Below, one piece after another: positions 29,329 through 39,563 of a stretch of 64,000 nucleotides of DNA (positions within the stretch are counted from its first letter, which is position 1; every line of letters starts with the position of its first letter). The position numbers and the translations under genes were made by a program. Origin of the DNA: a virus (lineage: Duplodnaviria; Caudoviricetes); the IMG/VR virus record IMGVR_UViG_3300037249_000709, positions 64,001-128,000 of that record; one strand, given 5' to 3'. Under the pieces are notes generated by a model, which ran no database searches, had not been told where the DNA came from, and was given only the letters and a program-made list of their open reading frames with translations.

Positions 29329-29721
29329 ATGAGCGTAACAAGCGCACAAGATATATACCAAAGTTTTGAGGCATCTTTTCGTGATAAGACCGAAATACCC
29401 GAAAGTTTGGAACACGAATGGCTCTTAAAGGCGATAGCTCGTTATTCCGTTGAATTGTCCACATTGAATTTTGATGAAGAAAATTCCGTGTTTGATATTA
29501 AGCTCGATAGATATGTAATAGATTCGCTTGCGGCATTTATGAAGCAAAGCTACCAAGAAAGAGAAGTATCAAAGGCGAATAAGCGAGTTTCTATTGTGGG
29601 CAAAGACATTAGCATAAATTCTGGTGGACACGATAAAACCGCTGCCCGTAACGAAATGGAATATGATAAATCTAAGTCCTCACAAATGATACAAAACCAA
29701 AAGCAAACCGCTTATGTATAA
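29329..29721 (+). CDS. putative head-tail adaptor
   Basis: position and size only. Confidence 0.5.
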   Translation: MSVTSAQDIYQSFEASFRDKTEIPESLEHEWLLKAIARYSVELSTLNFDEENSVFDIKLDRYVIDSLAAFMKQSYQEREVSKANKRVSIVGKDISINSGGHDKTAARNEMEYDKSKSSQMIQNQKQTAYV

Positions 29722-29733
29722 GGTGGTGGATAA

Positions 29734-30804
29734 ATGTCAAAAGAATGGTATTTAATGAAGTCACCATATGACCAATTAAGTGGATTTGAAGATGATGCCT
29801 TATTGGATTTTGCACAAGAAGGGTTTGAGGAAATTCAAGCATCGGAAATGGCGGAAACGGTGGAGTTATATAACTATGATTTATCAGAGTGTCAACAGCT
29901 TAGAGTTGTAATTCAAGATAAGGTAACAGACACAAAATTGAAAACCTTGTCAAGATTGATGCTGGCACGTATAGGTAGTTGCAAAGCCGGTATGTATGTT
30001 AAATATAAAAACCGCTTTTGGCTTATTGTTGGTTTAGTCGATGATAATAAGATGTATGAAAAAGCCGTTTTGTCATTGTGTAATTACTTGCTCACATGGA
30101 TAAATAAAGAAGGCAAAATTATTCAGCGGTGGGTGAATGCTGTTTCTGCTTCTCAATATAATAATGGCGAGACAAGCACAAGATATTATTATTTAAGAAG
30201 TGACCAGCTCTTGATTATAGCTCCTGATGACGACGAGTGTATATTACTCCAACAAGGCGATAGATTTATTATTGATAAACGGTGCAAGATATATGAAAGG
30301 GCTATGCCGGAAGATGCAACTTTTGATACAAGCAATCCTGTTATTACATACGAAATTACACGTGTTGACTCTGTATTATATGATTATCAAGACAGCGGAC
30401 ACTCCGAATTTATGGTTACTGAAACCGAACAGCATAAAGAAGATGGCTTTTATAGAATAGATGGAAAAGGTTATTGGCTATGCAAGTGTCCACAAATAGA
30501 TGATAAAACCGCACTTTTATCGACAAAAATTAAATACGAGACGAATGAAATTTGCAATGGTCTTGAACCCTGCGTTTTTGTTGCAAGGTTTTTTGATGAG
30601 AGCGGGAAAATAGTCGAGGGCGTTGAAGCGGAATGGTCTATCGAGTGTGATTTCAAAGATAAGTTGGATATTGAGCAAACAGACAATAGCATTTCTATTT
30701 TTGTTGATGATAAATCGTTGCTGAACAAGTCGTTAAAAATAACGCTTTCAGCAGACGGATATGAGCCTTCTACCGTCACTGCATATATTCGAGCATTTTT
30801 GTAA
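29734..30804 (+). CDS. putative head closure/neck protein
   Basis: position; CNYLLTW and QGDRFII motifs. Confidence 0.5.
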   Translation: MSKEWYLMKSPYDQLSGFEDDALLDFAQEGFEEIQASEMAETVELYNYDLSECQQLRVVIQDKVTDTKLKTLSRLMLARIGSCKAGMYVKYKNRFWLIVGLVDDNKMYEKAVLSLCNYLLTWINKEGKIIQRWVNAVSASQYNNGETSTRYYYLRSDQLLIIAPDDDECILLQQGDRFIIDKRCKIYERAMPEDATFDTSNPVITYEITRVDSVLYDYQDSGHSEFMVTETEQHKEDGFYRIDGKGYWLCKCPQIDDKTALLSTKIKYETNEICNGLEPCVFVARFFDESGKIVEGVEAEWSIECDFKDKLDIEQTDNSISIFVDDKSLLNKSLKITLSADGYEPSTVTAYIRAFL

Positions 30805-30816
30805 GGTGGTGATTGA

Positions 30817-31308
30817 GTGAGAGAAAGGCAAAAAGATACATCAGAACTTGGCAAGTTTAAAGACGAAATACACTCTACGCTTTATAAAAGCAAAGATATA
30901 ATTGAACTCTTGCTTGGAGATACAAGTGGACTGAGTGCAGCAGAAATTCGTAAAGAGTTTAAAAATCACGTTAAGTCACACCTTTTTATAGACGACACAA
31001 TTCAGGAAACGGAAACGTTTATTTTTTATGATGTCACTCTCTCTAAGATACGCTCTAATACAAAATCCTGCAAGGTGGTTATGTACTTAATAACACACGC
31101 TGATTTGCTGGATAATTATTTCAAAGAAGGTTATTACGGTAACAGGATAGATATTCTGGTGGAGATGGTTGAAAACGCATTGATAAATGACGAAGAAGTT
31201 TCAAGGAGTTTTGGAATTGGAGAACTTTCATTGGACAGCGTGGATATTTACAATTCCAAAAGGTTTTATGGGCGCATAATGATTTTCGATGTGCCTAATT
31301 TCCGATGA
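30817..31308 (+). CDS. putative tail completion protein
   Basis: position; NRIDIL motif. Confidence 0.45.
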   Translation: MRERQKDTSELGKFKDEIHSTLYKSKDIIELLLGDTSGLSAAEIRKEFKNHVKSHLFIDDTIQETETFIFYDVTLSKIRSNTKSCKVVMYLITHADLLDNYFKEGYYGNRIDILVEMVENALINDEEVSRSFGIGELSLDSVDIYNSKRFYGRIMIFDVPNFR

Positions 31309-32123
31309 ATAGATTAGATTACGGAACACAAATTAGCTTCGCCCCTATTAGGCTGTCTATTGGTAATATAAGGAAGCCCACTTTGGGAGAGATTGCTGAT
31401 ACTGAAAAAATGGGCTTTGATAAATTCTACTTTATGGAGTTTTTGGCTAAAATGACTCCTAAAGATTATTTTACCAAATTATTAAAAGAGGCGGATGGCG
31501 TAGAAAAATGGGAGAGTATTCCCCAATCCACAAGGAATAATCTCGATATTTTTAATTTAATTATTGCCGATAAACAATTACAAAAGTTGTATTTAGAATT
31601 GCTCAACTTTTTCTTTGAGGAAACCGTCATATATGCGAACGGATATTTTTTTATACTTCAAGATGGAAGTGAAAACAAATCTATTGAACAACTACAACAA
31701 GAAGATATAAAGGGGCTTTTGGGAAAAGAGTTTTTACCAAAAGTTCTTTTTATTATACAACAAATTTGCGGCATTTATTCGGAAGAAGATGATGTCGAAA
31801 ATATGGTGTTCAAAAACGAAAGAATAAAACAAAAATACCTTAAAGCGCAACAAGAAGAAAGAGAACAGAATAGAAAGTCAGACATCAATATGACTATTCC
31901 AAATCTTATTTCATCTGTCAATGGCAAACACCCTTCATTGAATTATACAAACATTTATAAACTAACAATATATCAATTATTAGATACATTTAGTCGTTTA
32001 CAAAATAATACAATATTTGATTTAGATTCCACGAGGGTTTCTGTATGGGGCGATGAAAAGAAAACGTTTAATTACGCTCTTTGGTATAAAAACATTTATG
32101 ATAACAAGTCAGTTGAAAATTAA
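31305..32123 (+). CDS. hypothetical morphogenesis protein
   Basis: ORF overlapping the previous gene, before the tail tube gene. Confidence 0.65.
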   Translation: MNRLDYGTQISFAPIRLSIGNIRKPTLGEIADTEKMGFDKFYFMEFLAKMTPKDYFTKLLKEADGVEKWESIPQSTRNNLDIFNLIIADKQLQKLYLELLNFFFEETVIYANGYFFILQDGSENKSIEQLQQEDIKGLLGKEFLPKVLFIIQQICGIYSEEDDVENMVFKNERIKQKYLKAQQEEREQNRKSDINMTIPNLISSVNGKHPSLNYTNIYKLTIYQLLDTFSRLQNNTIFDLDSTRVSVWGDEKKTFNYALWYKNIYDNKSVEN

Positions 32124-32135
32124 GGAGGAAAAAAT

Positions 32136-33140
32136 ATGGCAAATTTGAACAAGGCTAATCGTAAAGTTTGCGATGTGGATATTAGGATTCTCAAAACCAA
32201 ACTTCCATTTCTATTTTTTAACACAGCAAACACAACCACGGCTGGATTAAGTGGCGACAGCGTTTATGCTATGGCTAAGGGTTCTCGTAAAATTGCATTT
32301 CCTAACCCCGTTACTGGTACAATGACAATCGAGGCACAGGTAAAACCTTTCAAGTTCTATGCTTTGCTTTCTAATGGAGTAATTGAGTCTAACGCAACTT
32401 TTGCGGACAGAAAGGTTGTTACAGCAACAGCCGATGGCACACTTACAATTCCGCTTACAGGAGGCACAGTTGTATCTGGTTATACTTTTGTATATCCAAA
32501 GGGTGAGTTTGGCAATGAAGCGGCAAGAATTGCGACCACTTCTGTAACAACCGCAGGTGTAATTACAGCGGCAAGCGTTGTTGCTAATAAAGAATATGAG
32601 GTTGGATATATCGTATCTCGTACAGCCGGCGTAAATAGAATTTCTTTTAACAATAACAACATTCCACAGGATTACTATATTACAATGACTACTTTTGACA
32701 AAGACGAGTATGGTGTATGGACAGAGTTCCGTATGACGGCATATAAGGCTTCTATCCAAAGAACTTTCGACCTTTCATTTAGTTCAGAAGGAGACCCTGC
32801 ATCCGTGACACTTACCTTTGATTTACTCGAAGATATGGATGGCAATATTCTTGATATGGTCGAACTTGATGATGAATATACTATGGGTGTAAGCCTTGGT
32901 GCAATTAGCATTGTAAAGGGTAAGTCTGCACAGGATGTAAAGATTAGTAATGCGGTTGGTACAGTTACGGCTACGGCTTCTAACGAGAAGGTACACGCTA
33001 TAGTTTCTGGTGATAATGATACTGTAATTATCTATGCAGATGATGATGCAACGGCAGGTACATATACAGTTACCTTGACTGATAGTACAACTGGCACGGC
33101 ACAGACAGCAACAATTAGTGTTACAGTAACTAACTCGTAA
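32136..33140 (+). CDS. major tail tube protein with C-terminal Ig-like domain
   Basis: FDLSFSSEGDPASVTLTFDLL; Thr/Val-rich C-terminus; followed by a terminator. Confidence 0.75.
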   Translation: MANLNKANRKVCDVDIRILKTKLPFLFFNTANTTTAGLSGDSVYAMAKGSRKIAFPNPVTGTMTIEAQVKPFKFYALLSNGVIESNATFADRKVVTATADGTLTIPLTGGTVVSGYTFVYPKGEFGNEAARIATTSVTTAGVITAASVVANKEYEVGYIVSRTAGVNRISFNNNNIPQDYYITMTTFDKDEYGVWTEFRMTAYKASIQRTFDLSFSSEGDPASVTLTFDLLEDMDGNILDMVELDDEYTMGVSLGAISIVKGKSAQDVKISNAVGTVTATASNEKVHAIVSGDNDTVIIYADDDATAGTYTVTLTDSTTGTAQTATISVTVTNS

Positions 33141-33154
33141 TTCTATATTTAATT

Positions 33155-33186
33155 TAGGGGTAGGAACTATTTTCTACCCCTATTTG
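33155..33186 (+). terminator. hairpin terminator
   Basis: TAGGGGTAGG/TCTACCCCTA stem. Confidence 0.6.
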
Positions 33187-33201
33187 ATTGGAGATGAATA
33201 A

Positions 33202-33471
33202 ATGGTCAAGATTTGTAGAGTGTTGCTCAACAATGATGTTGCAACCGTGATAGAATTTGACGGTGCAGAAATTCAGCTATCTCCCATTCATCGAAATACA
33301 GAATATGTGCGAGTTCAACTTAAAGATGGTATTTATAGAATCGTTGATAATAACTTTAAAGAGGAAATAGCTGCTCCGGAAAAAAGCAATAAAAAAGTGG
33401 AGAGCAATAAGAAAACAACTAATGAGAAAAATCAAATAAAAAAGATTTTAGATAAGAAAGAAAATGCTTAA
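33202..33471 (+). CDS. hypothetical protein
   Basis: ORF with GGAG RBS. Confidence 0.6.
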   Translation: MVKICRVLLNNDVATVIEFDGAEIQLSPIHRNTEYVRVQLKDGIYRIVDNNFKEEIAAPEKSNKKVESNKKTTNEKNQIKKILDKKENA

Positions 33472-33493
33472 AGTTGTATTATGTTTAATTATA

Positions 33494-33537
33494 AGGGATA
33501 TTACTCTTACGACTTTGAGTAATATCCTTGCTTTTTT
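33494..33537 (+). terminator. intrinsic terminator
   Basis: GGATATTACTC/GAGTAATATCC stem then T-run. Confidence 0.7.
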
Positions 33538-33569
33538 GCGCTTTAAGCTCGATAAAGAAGAAGAAAACA

Positions 33570-33803
33570 ATGAAACACTTAAATTTTAATACACTCGAAG
33601 AAGTGTTTGAGTGTTATGGGCGAGGTAATCTTGTTGCCATTGATTATCTGCCTCAAATATTATTTTACACAAGGCACGGTTGTCAGCCTAAATTTGTATA
33701 TGAAAGTGAAGTAAAGCAAAACAAACTAACTGGTTGGTTTTTAAAATCAGAAACCGAGTGGGTTTACAAGAAATGGCTAACTGCCAAATCGGTCAAGGGA
33801 TAA
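33570..33803 (+). CDS. small hypothetical protein, distantly DUF5659-like
   Basis: QILFYTRHGCQP...WF...T..VYKKW. Confidence 0.55.
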   Translation: MKHLNFNTLEEVFECYGRGNLVAIDYLPQILFYTRHGCQPKFVYESEVKQNKLTGWFLKSETEWVYKKWLTAKSVKG

Positions 33804-33806
33804 CAC

Positions 33807-34319
33807 ATGAGTAAAAATATAGGAAAAATTTTCGAGGAACAAATAATAAGTTCTTTACCAGATTATGTTTTACCTTACCGTTTACCGGATGCTGCACAAT
33901 CTTTTGGTAGCAATGAAAAGCTGCGATTTAGTCGTAAAAGTCCCTTTGACTACCTTCTTTGGGATTCGCATAAGCACATATTATATGCACTTGAAATGAA
34001 AACGGTCGAAGGCAAATCTATTTCATTCGAGCGTGCAAAAGAAGAATCAAGAGAAATTCATTATCATCAAATTGAGGGGCTAAACTATTGGAATACTTTT
34101 GATGGTATTGTGTGCGGATTTGTTATTGAGTTTCGGAAAATAGAAACCACCGTGTTTATTGATATTAAGAGTTTTAATAGTCTAATAAATCAGATAGACA
34201 AAAAGAGTTTTAATTATAATGATTTGCAAAATAGCGGACTACCCTATATTATTATTCCGCAAAGAAAAAAGAGAACACGATATGTATATGATATAGAAGC
34301 ACTATTAAAGAACTATTAG
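33807..34319 (+). CDS. recU: RecU-like Holliday junction resolvase
   Basis: GKIFEE, SPFDY, ALEMKT and HQIEGL motifs. Confidence 0.8.
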   Translation: MSKNIGKIFEEQIISSLPDYVLPYRLPDAAQSFGSNEKLRFSRKSPFDYLLWDSHKHILYALEMKTVEGKSISFERAKEESREIHYHQIEGLNYWNTFDGIVCGFVIEFRKIETTVFIDIKSFNSLINQIDKKSFNYNDLQNSGLPYIIIPQRKKRTRYVYDIEALLKNY

Positions 34320-34333
34320 ATGGAGGAAGATAT

Positions 34334-34870
34334 ATGAATATTAAGGTCAAGGAAAATTTTGATGTTGTCGATTATGTTGCCATAGTAAATGTAATCGCAC
34401 AAGAGTATTTTGATGAATATGGAAACTATACACCACAAATTGGGCTATTAAACGCTATTAGGGTGTTTTATAACGATTGTGTAGTAGAATCTAAGTTTGA
34501 CATTCCGCACAATATTACAGAAGCCGAAGATATGCAGTCGTTTATAAATGACACAGAATTTATTGAAGCCTTTAATGCAAATATAGCCGACAATGGTATT
34601 GTCAAGTTGAATTTTGCCAATGCGTATAAAGACGCTATGGATATTGTGAATTACAAAAAGAATGCGAACAATGAGTTGGTTACAACAATTAAGCGAGAAA
34701 TTTCTAATCTTACAGAATGGCTTACAAATTTGGCAAGCAATGATAATATTGAACGAATTGAAAAGATTGCAAATGATATATCGAGCGGAAAGTTGAGCAG
34801 CGAAGCTATAGCCGATGCCGTTGGCAACTCTGATTATATTAAAAGACTATTAACCGAAGCAGGTGATTAA
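34334..34870 (+). CDS. hypothetical protein (possible tail assembly chaperone)
   Basis: ORF with GGAGG RBS; function from position only. Confidence 0.55.
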   Translation: MNIKVKENFDVVDYVAIVNVIAQEYFDEYGNYTPQIGLLNAIRVFYNDCVVESKFDIPHNITEAEDMQSFINDTEFIEAFNANIADNGIVKLNFANAYKDAMDIVNYKKNANNELVTTIKREISNLTEWLTNLASNDNIERIEKIANDISSGKLSSEAIADAVGNSDYIKRLLTEAGD

Positions 34871-35302
34871 ATGGTTGCAAAAAATATGGGTGAGTTGGAA
34901 CGAATGCTTAAAAAAGAATTGCTAAAGGCTATGAATGAAGCTGCTGGCAGAATTTTATTAGATATGCAAATCAGTATTAAAGAAGATTTTTATGCTGATA
35001 CCCACCCCCAAGAGTACAAGAGAACATATGCAATGGAAGATACTCCAACTATTAGCGAAATCAACGATGCAGGAAAGACGATTTCATTTGAGGCATATCT
35101 TAAAGCAGAACATCAATATACAACTGGAAAGCAACCCAATATGATGCAGGTGTTATTGCTTACAAATGATGAAGAAACCAATCAACCGAACATTGGATAT
35201 TTAAGAAAAGCAGTGGGCTATCCTAAATATTGGGAAAAGGCTTTAGAAGAAATGAAAAAAACTTATTACAATGTGTTAAGCAGATATTTTACAAGAATTT
35301 AA
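34871..35302 (+). CDS. putative tail component
   Basis: FYADTHPQEYKRT motif; position. Confidence 0.5.
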   Translation: MVAKNMGELERMLKKELLKAMNEAAGRILLDMQISIKEDFYADTHPQEYKRTYAMEDTPTISEINDAGKTISFEAYLKAEHQYTTGKQPNMMQVLLLTNDEETNQPNIGYLRKAVGYPKYWEKALEEMKKTYYNVLSRYFTRI

Positions 35303-35316
35303 GGAAGTGATGTTTA

Positions 35317-36363
35317 ATGGCAAAAGAAGGTAGAAGTACCGTTTATAATCAAATAACTTCCGAAGAAAAGTTGAAAGAGATAAATATTGAGAATAAGCAA
35401 TTAGAAGATGATTTTTTAGAGTATCTGATTTCTACCGACAAAGCAAAAACTACGCTAATTCAATATCGCGCTGTTTTGCATATCTTCTGGGTATGGAATC
35501 TGGAAAGCAATAATAATAAATCATTTTTCGATTTGACCAAGAGAGAGATTACAAGATTTCAGAATAACGCATTGAATAATTGGGGCTGGTCGCCAAGCAG
35601 AATCAGAATGGTTAAAGCAGTAATGCGCAGTTTAGAAAACTACATAACCGATATTCTTGATGAGGAATATCCCGATTACAAGAAAATATGGAATAAGATT
35701 GAGTCCCCCGTGAACGAACCTGTTAGGGAGAAGTCGGTTTTTACAATGGAAGAATTGCAGCCACTATTAGATTATTTGGTCGAGAATAAAGAGTATATGA
35801 AAGCGTGTGTTTTGTCATTGGCGATAAATAGCGGTAGGCGCAAGGCGGAGCTTGTAATTTTCAAAGAATCATATTTTAAAGATGAAAATTTAATATGTGA
35901 AGGCGCATTATATAAATCTCCAGAGAAAATAAAAACAAAAGGCAGAGGAAAAAGAGGAAAACCACTATATGTCTACACTTTGGCAAAACCGTTTAAACCG
36001 TATTTAGATTTATGGTTAGAAGAACGCCAGAGGCTTGGAATAACAAGTGATTGGCTTTTCCCAAAATATAAAAATGGTGAATGGATAGATGAGCCAATTC
36101 CTACATCTACACTTGATTCGTATGCAAGGGGATTTACAACATTTCTTAATAAACCTATGTATTTTCATATGTGTAGACACACTTTTACCACCCATTTAGC
36201 TGCCAGCGGAATACCAGACAGTGTAATCAAAGATATAATTGGGTGGTCGTCGGTAGAGTTAGTTTCTGTTTATAACGATGCGGAAGCAGAAGATACTTTT
36301 GATAAGTATTTTGGAGCAGAAGGTATTAAGCGAGTTGAAAAGAAAGGCATTGAAGATTTATAA
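35317..36363 (+). CDS. tyrosine recombinase (YomM-like position)
   Basis: R (SGRRKAEL), K (KTKG), HxxR (HMCRH), W (IIGWSS), Y (SVYND). Confidence 0.9.
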   Translation: MAKEGRSTVYNQITSEEKLKEINIENKQLEDDFLEYLISTDKAKTTLIQYRAVLHIFWVWNLESNNNKSFFDLTKREITRFQNNALNNWGWSPSRIRMVKAVMRSLENYITDILDEEYPDYKKIWNKIESPVNEPVREKSVFTMEELQPLLDYLVENKEYMKACVLSLAINSGRRKAELVIFKESYFKDENLICEGALYKSPEKIKTKGRGKRGKPLYVYTLAKPFKPYLDLWLEERQRLGITSDWLFPKYKNGEWIDEPIPTSTLDSYARGFTTFLNKPMYFHMCRHTFTTHLAASGIPDSVIKDIIGWSSVELVSVYNDAEAEDTFDKYFGAEGIKRVEKKGIEDL

Positions 36364-36537
36364 ATGAAAACAATATACTGCTGTTATAGCGTAAGACTTC
36401 GAGATTATTTATATAAACACGGAATCAAATATGAAATTTGTGCATTAAACCCCAATAGTAAACATATGTTCTGGGCTTATATAAAAAATGAGAAATTGGA
36501 TAATTTACTAAAAAAGTGGACTAACCGAGAGTGTTAG
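36364..36537 (+). CDS. 57-aa DUF5659-like protein (not in ORF track)
   Basis: MKTIYCCYSVRLRDYLYKHGIKYEICALNPNSKHMFWAYIKNEKLDNLLKKWTNREC; paralog of 28587-28775. Confidence 0.65.
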   Translation: MKTIYCCYSVRLRDYLYKHGIKYEICALNPNSKHMFWAYIKNEKLDNLLKKWTNREC

Positions 36538-36571
36538 TCTGTTTTTTATTTTTTGTTATATTTTAGGAGGT

Positions 36572-37585
36572 ATGAAAATGAAGGAAGTTGTAAGAAAATG
36601 CGATACCGTAGAAATCGGAGATATGTACAACGAACTAACGGTAATTGCAGAGGATGTCAAACGAGAAGAAGAATATTGGAGTAAATATCCAAAACGCAAA
36701 CATCAAAAATTTTATAAATGTAAATGCAGTTGTGGCAATGAAAAATCGGTCAATGTGTACCAATTAGTTAATGGCAAATGCAAATCTTGTGGACATCTAC
36801 GTCGGGATGGAGCATTAGGAAAACATTATAAACACTTGGAAGGTCAAACTATCAACAACTTAACAGTTATTTGTTTAGATGAAACCAAACCAAGCAGTAG
36901 TGGCAAGCATACATATTGGATTTGCAAATGTCATAAGTGTGGAAAACAAAAGTCTATTAGAAGCACTTATTTAATGGATGGGAGTGCTATAGATTGCGGT
37001 TGTGGAACATTTGAAAGAGTTTCTAACTCAATAGCCAAAGATTTGAGTGGTAAAAAATTCGGGCATTTACAAGTTATAGAACGCGATTGGGATAGTGCTA
37101 CAAGTGGCGGTGGAAAACACGCTCGATGGCTATGCAAATGTGATTTGTGTGACAGAATAGAAAGCGTGTCATCAGATATTCTTATAAAATACGGCAAAGA
37201 CCGTTGCAAGCGTTGTTCATATGTGTCAATGGGTGAACAGAAAATAATTGAATATCTTGAAGCAAACAATATACCTTTTGTTCACGATAAGCCATATTTG
37301 GATTTGCGCTACCCCGATACTGGTGGCACACCGAGATTTGACTTTCGCATTACTCAAAACTCAGACTGTGATTACATAATCGAATTTGACGGAGAACAGC
37401 ATTTTAGGCAAATACCGAGGTATGATGATAGAATTGCATTTGAAACCCGTGTTAAGCGTGACAACTTCAAAAACGAGTGGTGTGCAGCCAATAATATACC
37501 TATCATAAGAATCCCATACACAAGACTAAACAAACTTGAAATAAACGATTTAAAACCAGAAACAACAAAATATCTTCATACATAA
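36572..37585 (+). CDS. free-standing homing endonuclease-like protein (Cys repeats plus PD-(D/E)xK/Vsr-like domain)
   Basis: three CKCxC repeats; SMGE, RFDF, IEFDGEQHF and IIRIPY motifs. Confidence 0.8.
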   Translation: MKMKEVVRKCDTVEIGDMYNELTVIAEDVKREEEYWSKYPKRKHQKFYKCKCSCGNEKSVNVYQLVNGKCKSCGHLRRDGALGKHYKHLEGQTINNLTVICLDETKPSSSGKHTYWICKCHKCGKQKSIRSTYLMDGSAIDCGCGTFERVSNSIAKDLSGKKFGHLQVIERDWDSATSGGGKHARWLCKCDLCDRIESVSSDILIKYGKDRCKRCSYVSMGEQKIIEYLEANNIPFVHDKPYLDLRYPDTGGTPRFDFRITQNSDCDYIIEFDGEQHFRQIPRYDDRIAFETRVKRDNFKNEWCAANNIPIIRIPYTRLNKLEINDLKPETTKYLHT

Positions 37586-37667
37586 TGAGGTGATTGTATG
37601 GCATTTTTATTATTCGCTCCCTTATGGAACGAATACCAAATTAAGAACAAAAAGGTGGTGAGATAAA

Positions 37668-39563
37668 ATGGCACAAGATTTTAGAGCGTCTATACTTGCG
37701 CAGTTAGATACAAGTAACATTCAAAAGGATATAGATGCTATTGGCAAAAGGAATATAAAGTTTAATGATATATCTTTTGATACAACGCAACTTGTAAATT
37801 CTATTCAGGCGGCATTAAGCAACCATAGATTCAATGTAAATCTTGGGAATGTAAATATAAATTCCCAAAGTTTCAATCAGCAAGCTCAAAGTATGGGAAG
37901 CGGCGCAGGACAAAACTTTACGAGCGGCTTTAATAGAGCAATTCAAGGAATCAATCTATCCAACTCTATAAACGAGATTAACAGGGTAAAAGATATATTA
38001 AAAAGTTACAAGTTTGATACAAGTTCAATTACTGCTGTAACAAAAAGCCTTGAAACAATGAGATTGCAAATTGATAGTGTTAAGACTTCTATTTCTTCTG
38101 GAAGCAACGGTAGCAATATTCGGCTAACAATTCAAGGCACTGACGAAATGAAGCGGGCGGTACAGGTTGTCAGAGAATTGAAAGCAGGGGAAATGGATGT
38201 TGTTGAGGTTTCAAGAACATTTACACAAAATTTTGCGCAACAAGAGAGACAGGCGCAAAAGAACGCCGCCGCAATAACTCAATATATCTCCAAACTCAAT
38301 GAATTAAGGACAAGTGCTACAGACCCCAATTCTGCGAGGTCTATCAGCGCCGATTCTCTACAATCAGCTTATGATGGTGTGATTTCTAAAATACGTCAAT
38401 TACAAAATGCAAATTCAGAATCCGCTATTGTAATAAAGGCTGAAATAGATGCGGAAATATCCAAATTCAAATCTTTAATTTCGGTTTTGCAAGAAGCCAA
38501 TTATTCTGCAAACCAAATGCGTACAAAATCCGTAGAAGTAATAAAAAGCGAAGAATTAAACAAATTAAGTGCATTTGAAGCGGAAATTAGAAAAAGTGGA
38601 ATTGCCTTTTCTTCATTCAAAACAGATGTAAGTGGATTAAGAGATATTCTAAACGGGGTAACTAATTCTTCTCAGTTAGAATCTTATTTAAACACACTTT
38701 CTGTTGCCAAAAGCGAATTTAAGGCATTAAAGCAAGAAGCTGCCCAATATGCAAGTGCGGCAGATGTCTCCATTCTTAAAAGCAAAATGGAGGCTTGGCT
38801 TACTAAAAACACAAAAGCCGCAAAAACTTATGGTGCAGCCATTAAAGGACTTATCTCCGAATTAGACTCTATGGCTGCAAAGGGCGGAGTTTTAGCCACT
38901 GAGAACAAACGCATTGCAAGTAGCTTTAAACAAATTGATGCCGCTGCCGGAGCTGCTGGACTTAAAGGAAGAACATTTTTTCAATCAGTCGGAAAAGCTG
39001 CTCAAAGTCTTGGGAGATACTTTGGAGTATCAACGCTTATTTATCGCTCGATTGCGACATTAAGACAAGGAATTAACGATGTCATTGATTTGGACACGGC
39101 GTTGGTGGACTTGCAGAAAACGGCAAAAGCTACGAGCGAGGAATTGTCAAATTTTTATTATGATGCTAATGAGCAAGCAAAGGAATTTGGAGTAACAACA
39201 AAAGAAATTATTCAGAGTGCAGCGGACTGGTCACGTCTTGGTTACTCTTTGAATGATTCTAAAACAATGGCGCAAGTTTCATCTATATTCAAATCTATTT
39301 CTCCTGGAATGGATATTGATACAGCAACAAATGGACTTGTTAGTACAATGAAGGCTTATGGTATAGAAGCGAACGATGCGCTTGATGGAATTGCAAGTAA
39401 AATTAACGCAATAGGTAATAGTCAAGCGTTAAGTAACAATGATATTGTTGATTTCCTAACAAGGTCATCATCGGCTATGGCAGAAGCAAATAACTCATTG
39501 GAACAAACTATTGCAATAGGTACGGCTGCAACAGAAATAACTCAGGACGCAGCAAGTGTCGGT
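37668..39563 (+). CDS. tape measure protein, exon 1
   Basis: LDTALVDLQKT and ADWSRLGYS TMP motifs; ends ...ASVG at the 5' splice site. Confidence 0.9.

Noticed and set aside
35317-36363. Prophage integrase marking an att boundary
   Set aside because: Phage structural genes continue on both sides; no host genes or att repeat seen
37598-37666. 22-codon ORF with GAGGTG RBS just before TMP
   Set aside because: Too short to support without conservation or ribosome data
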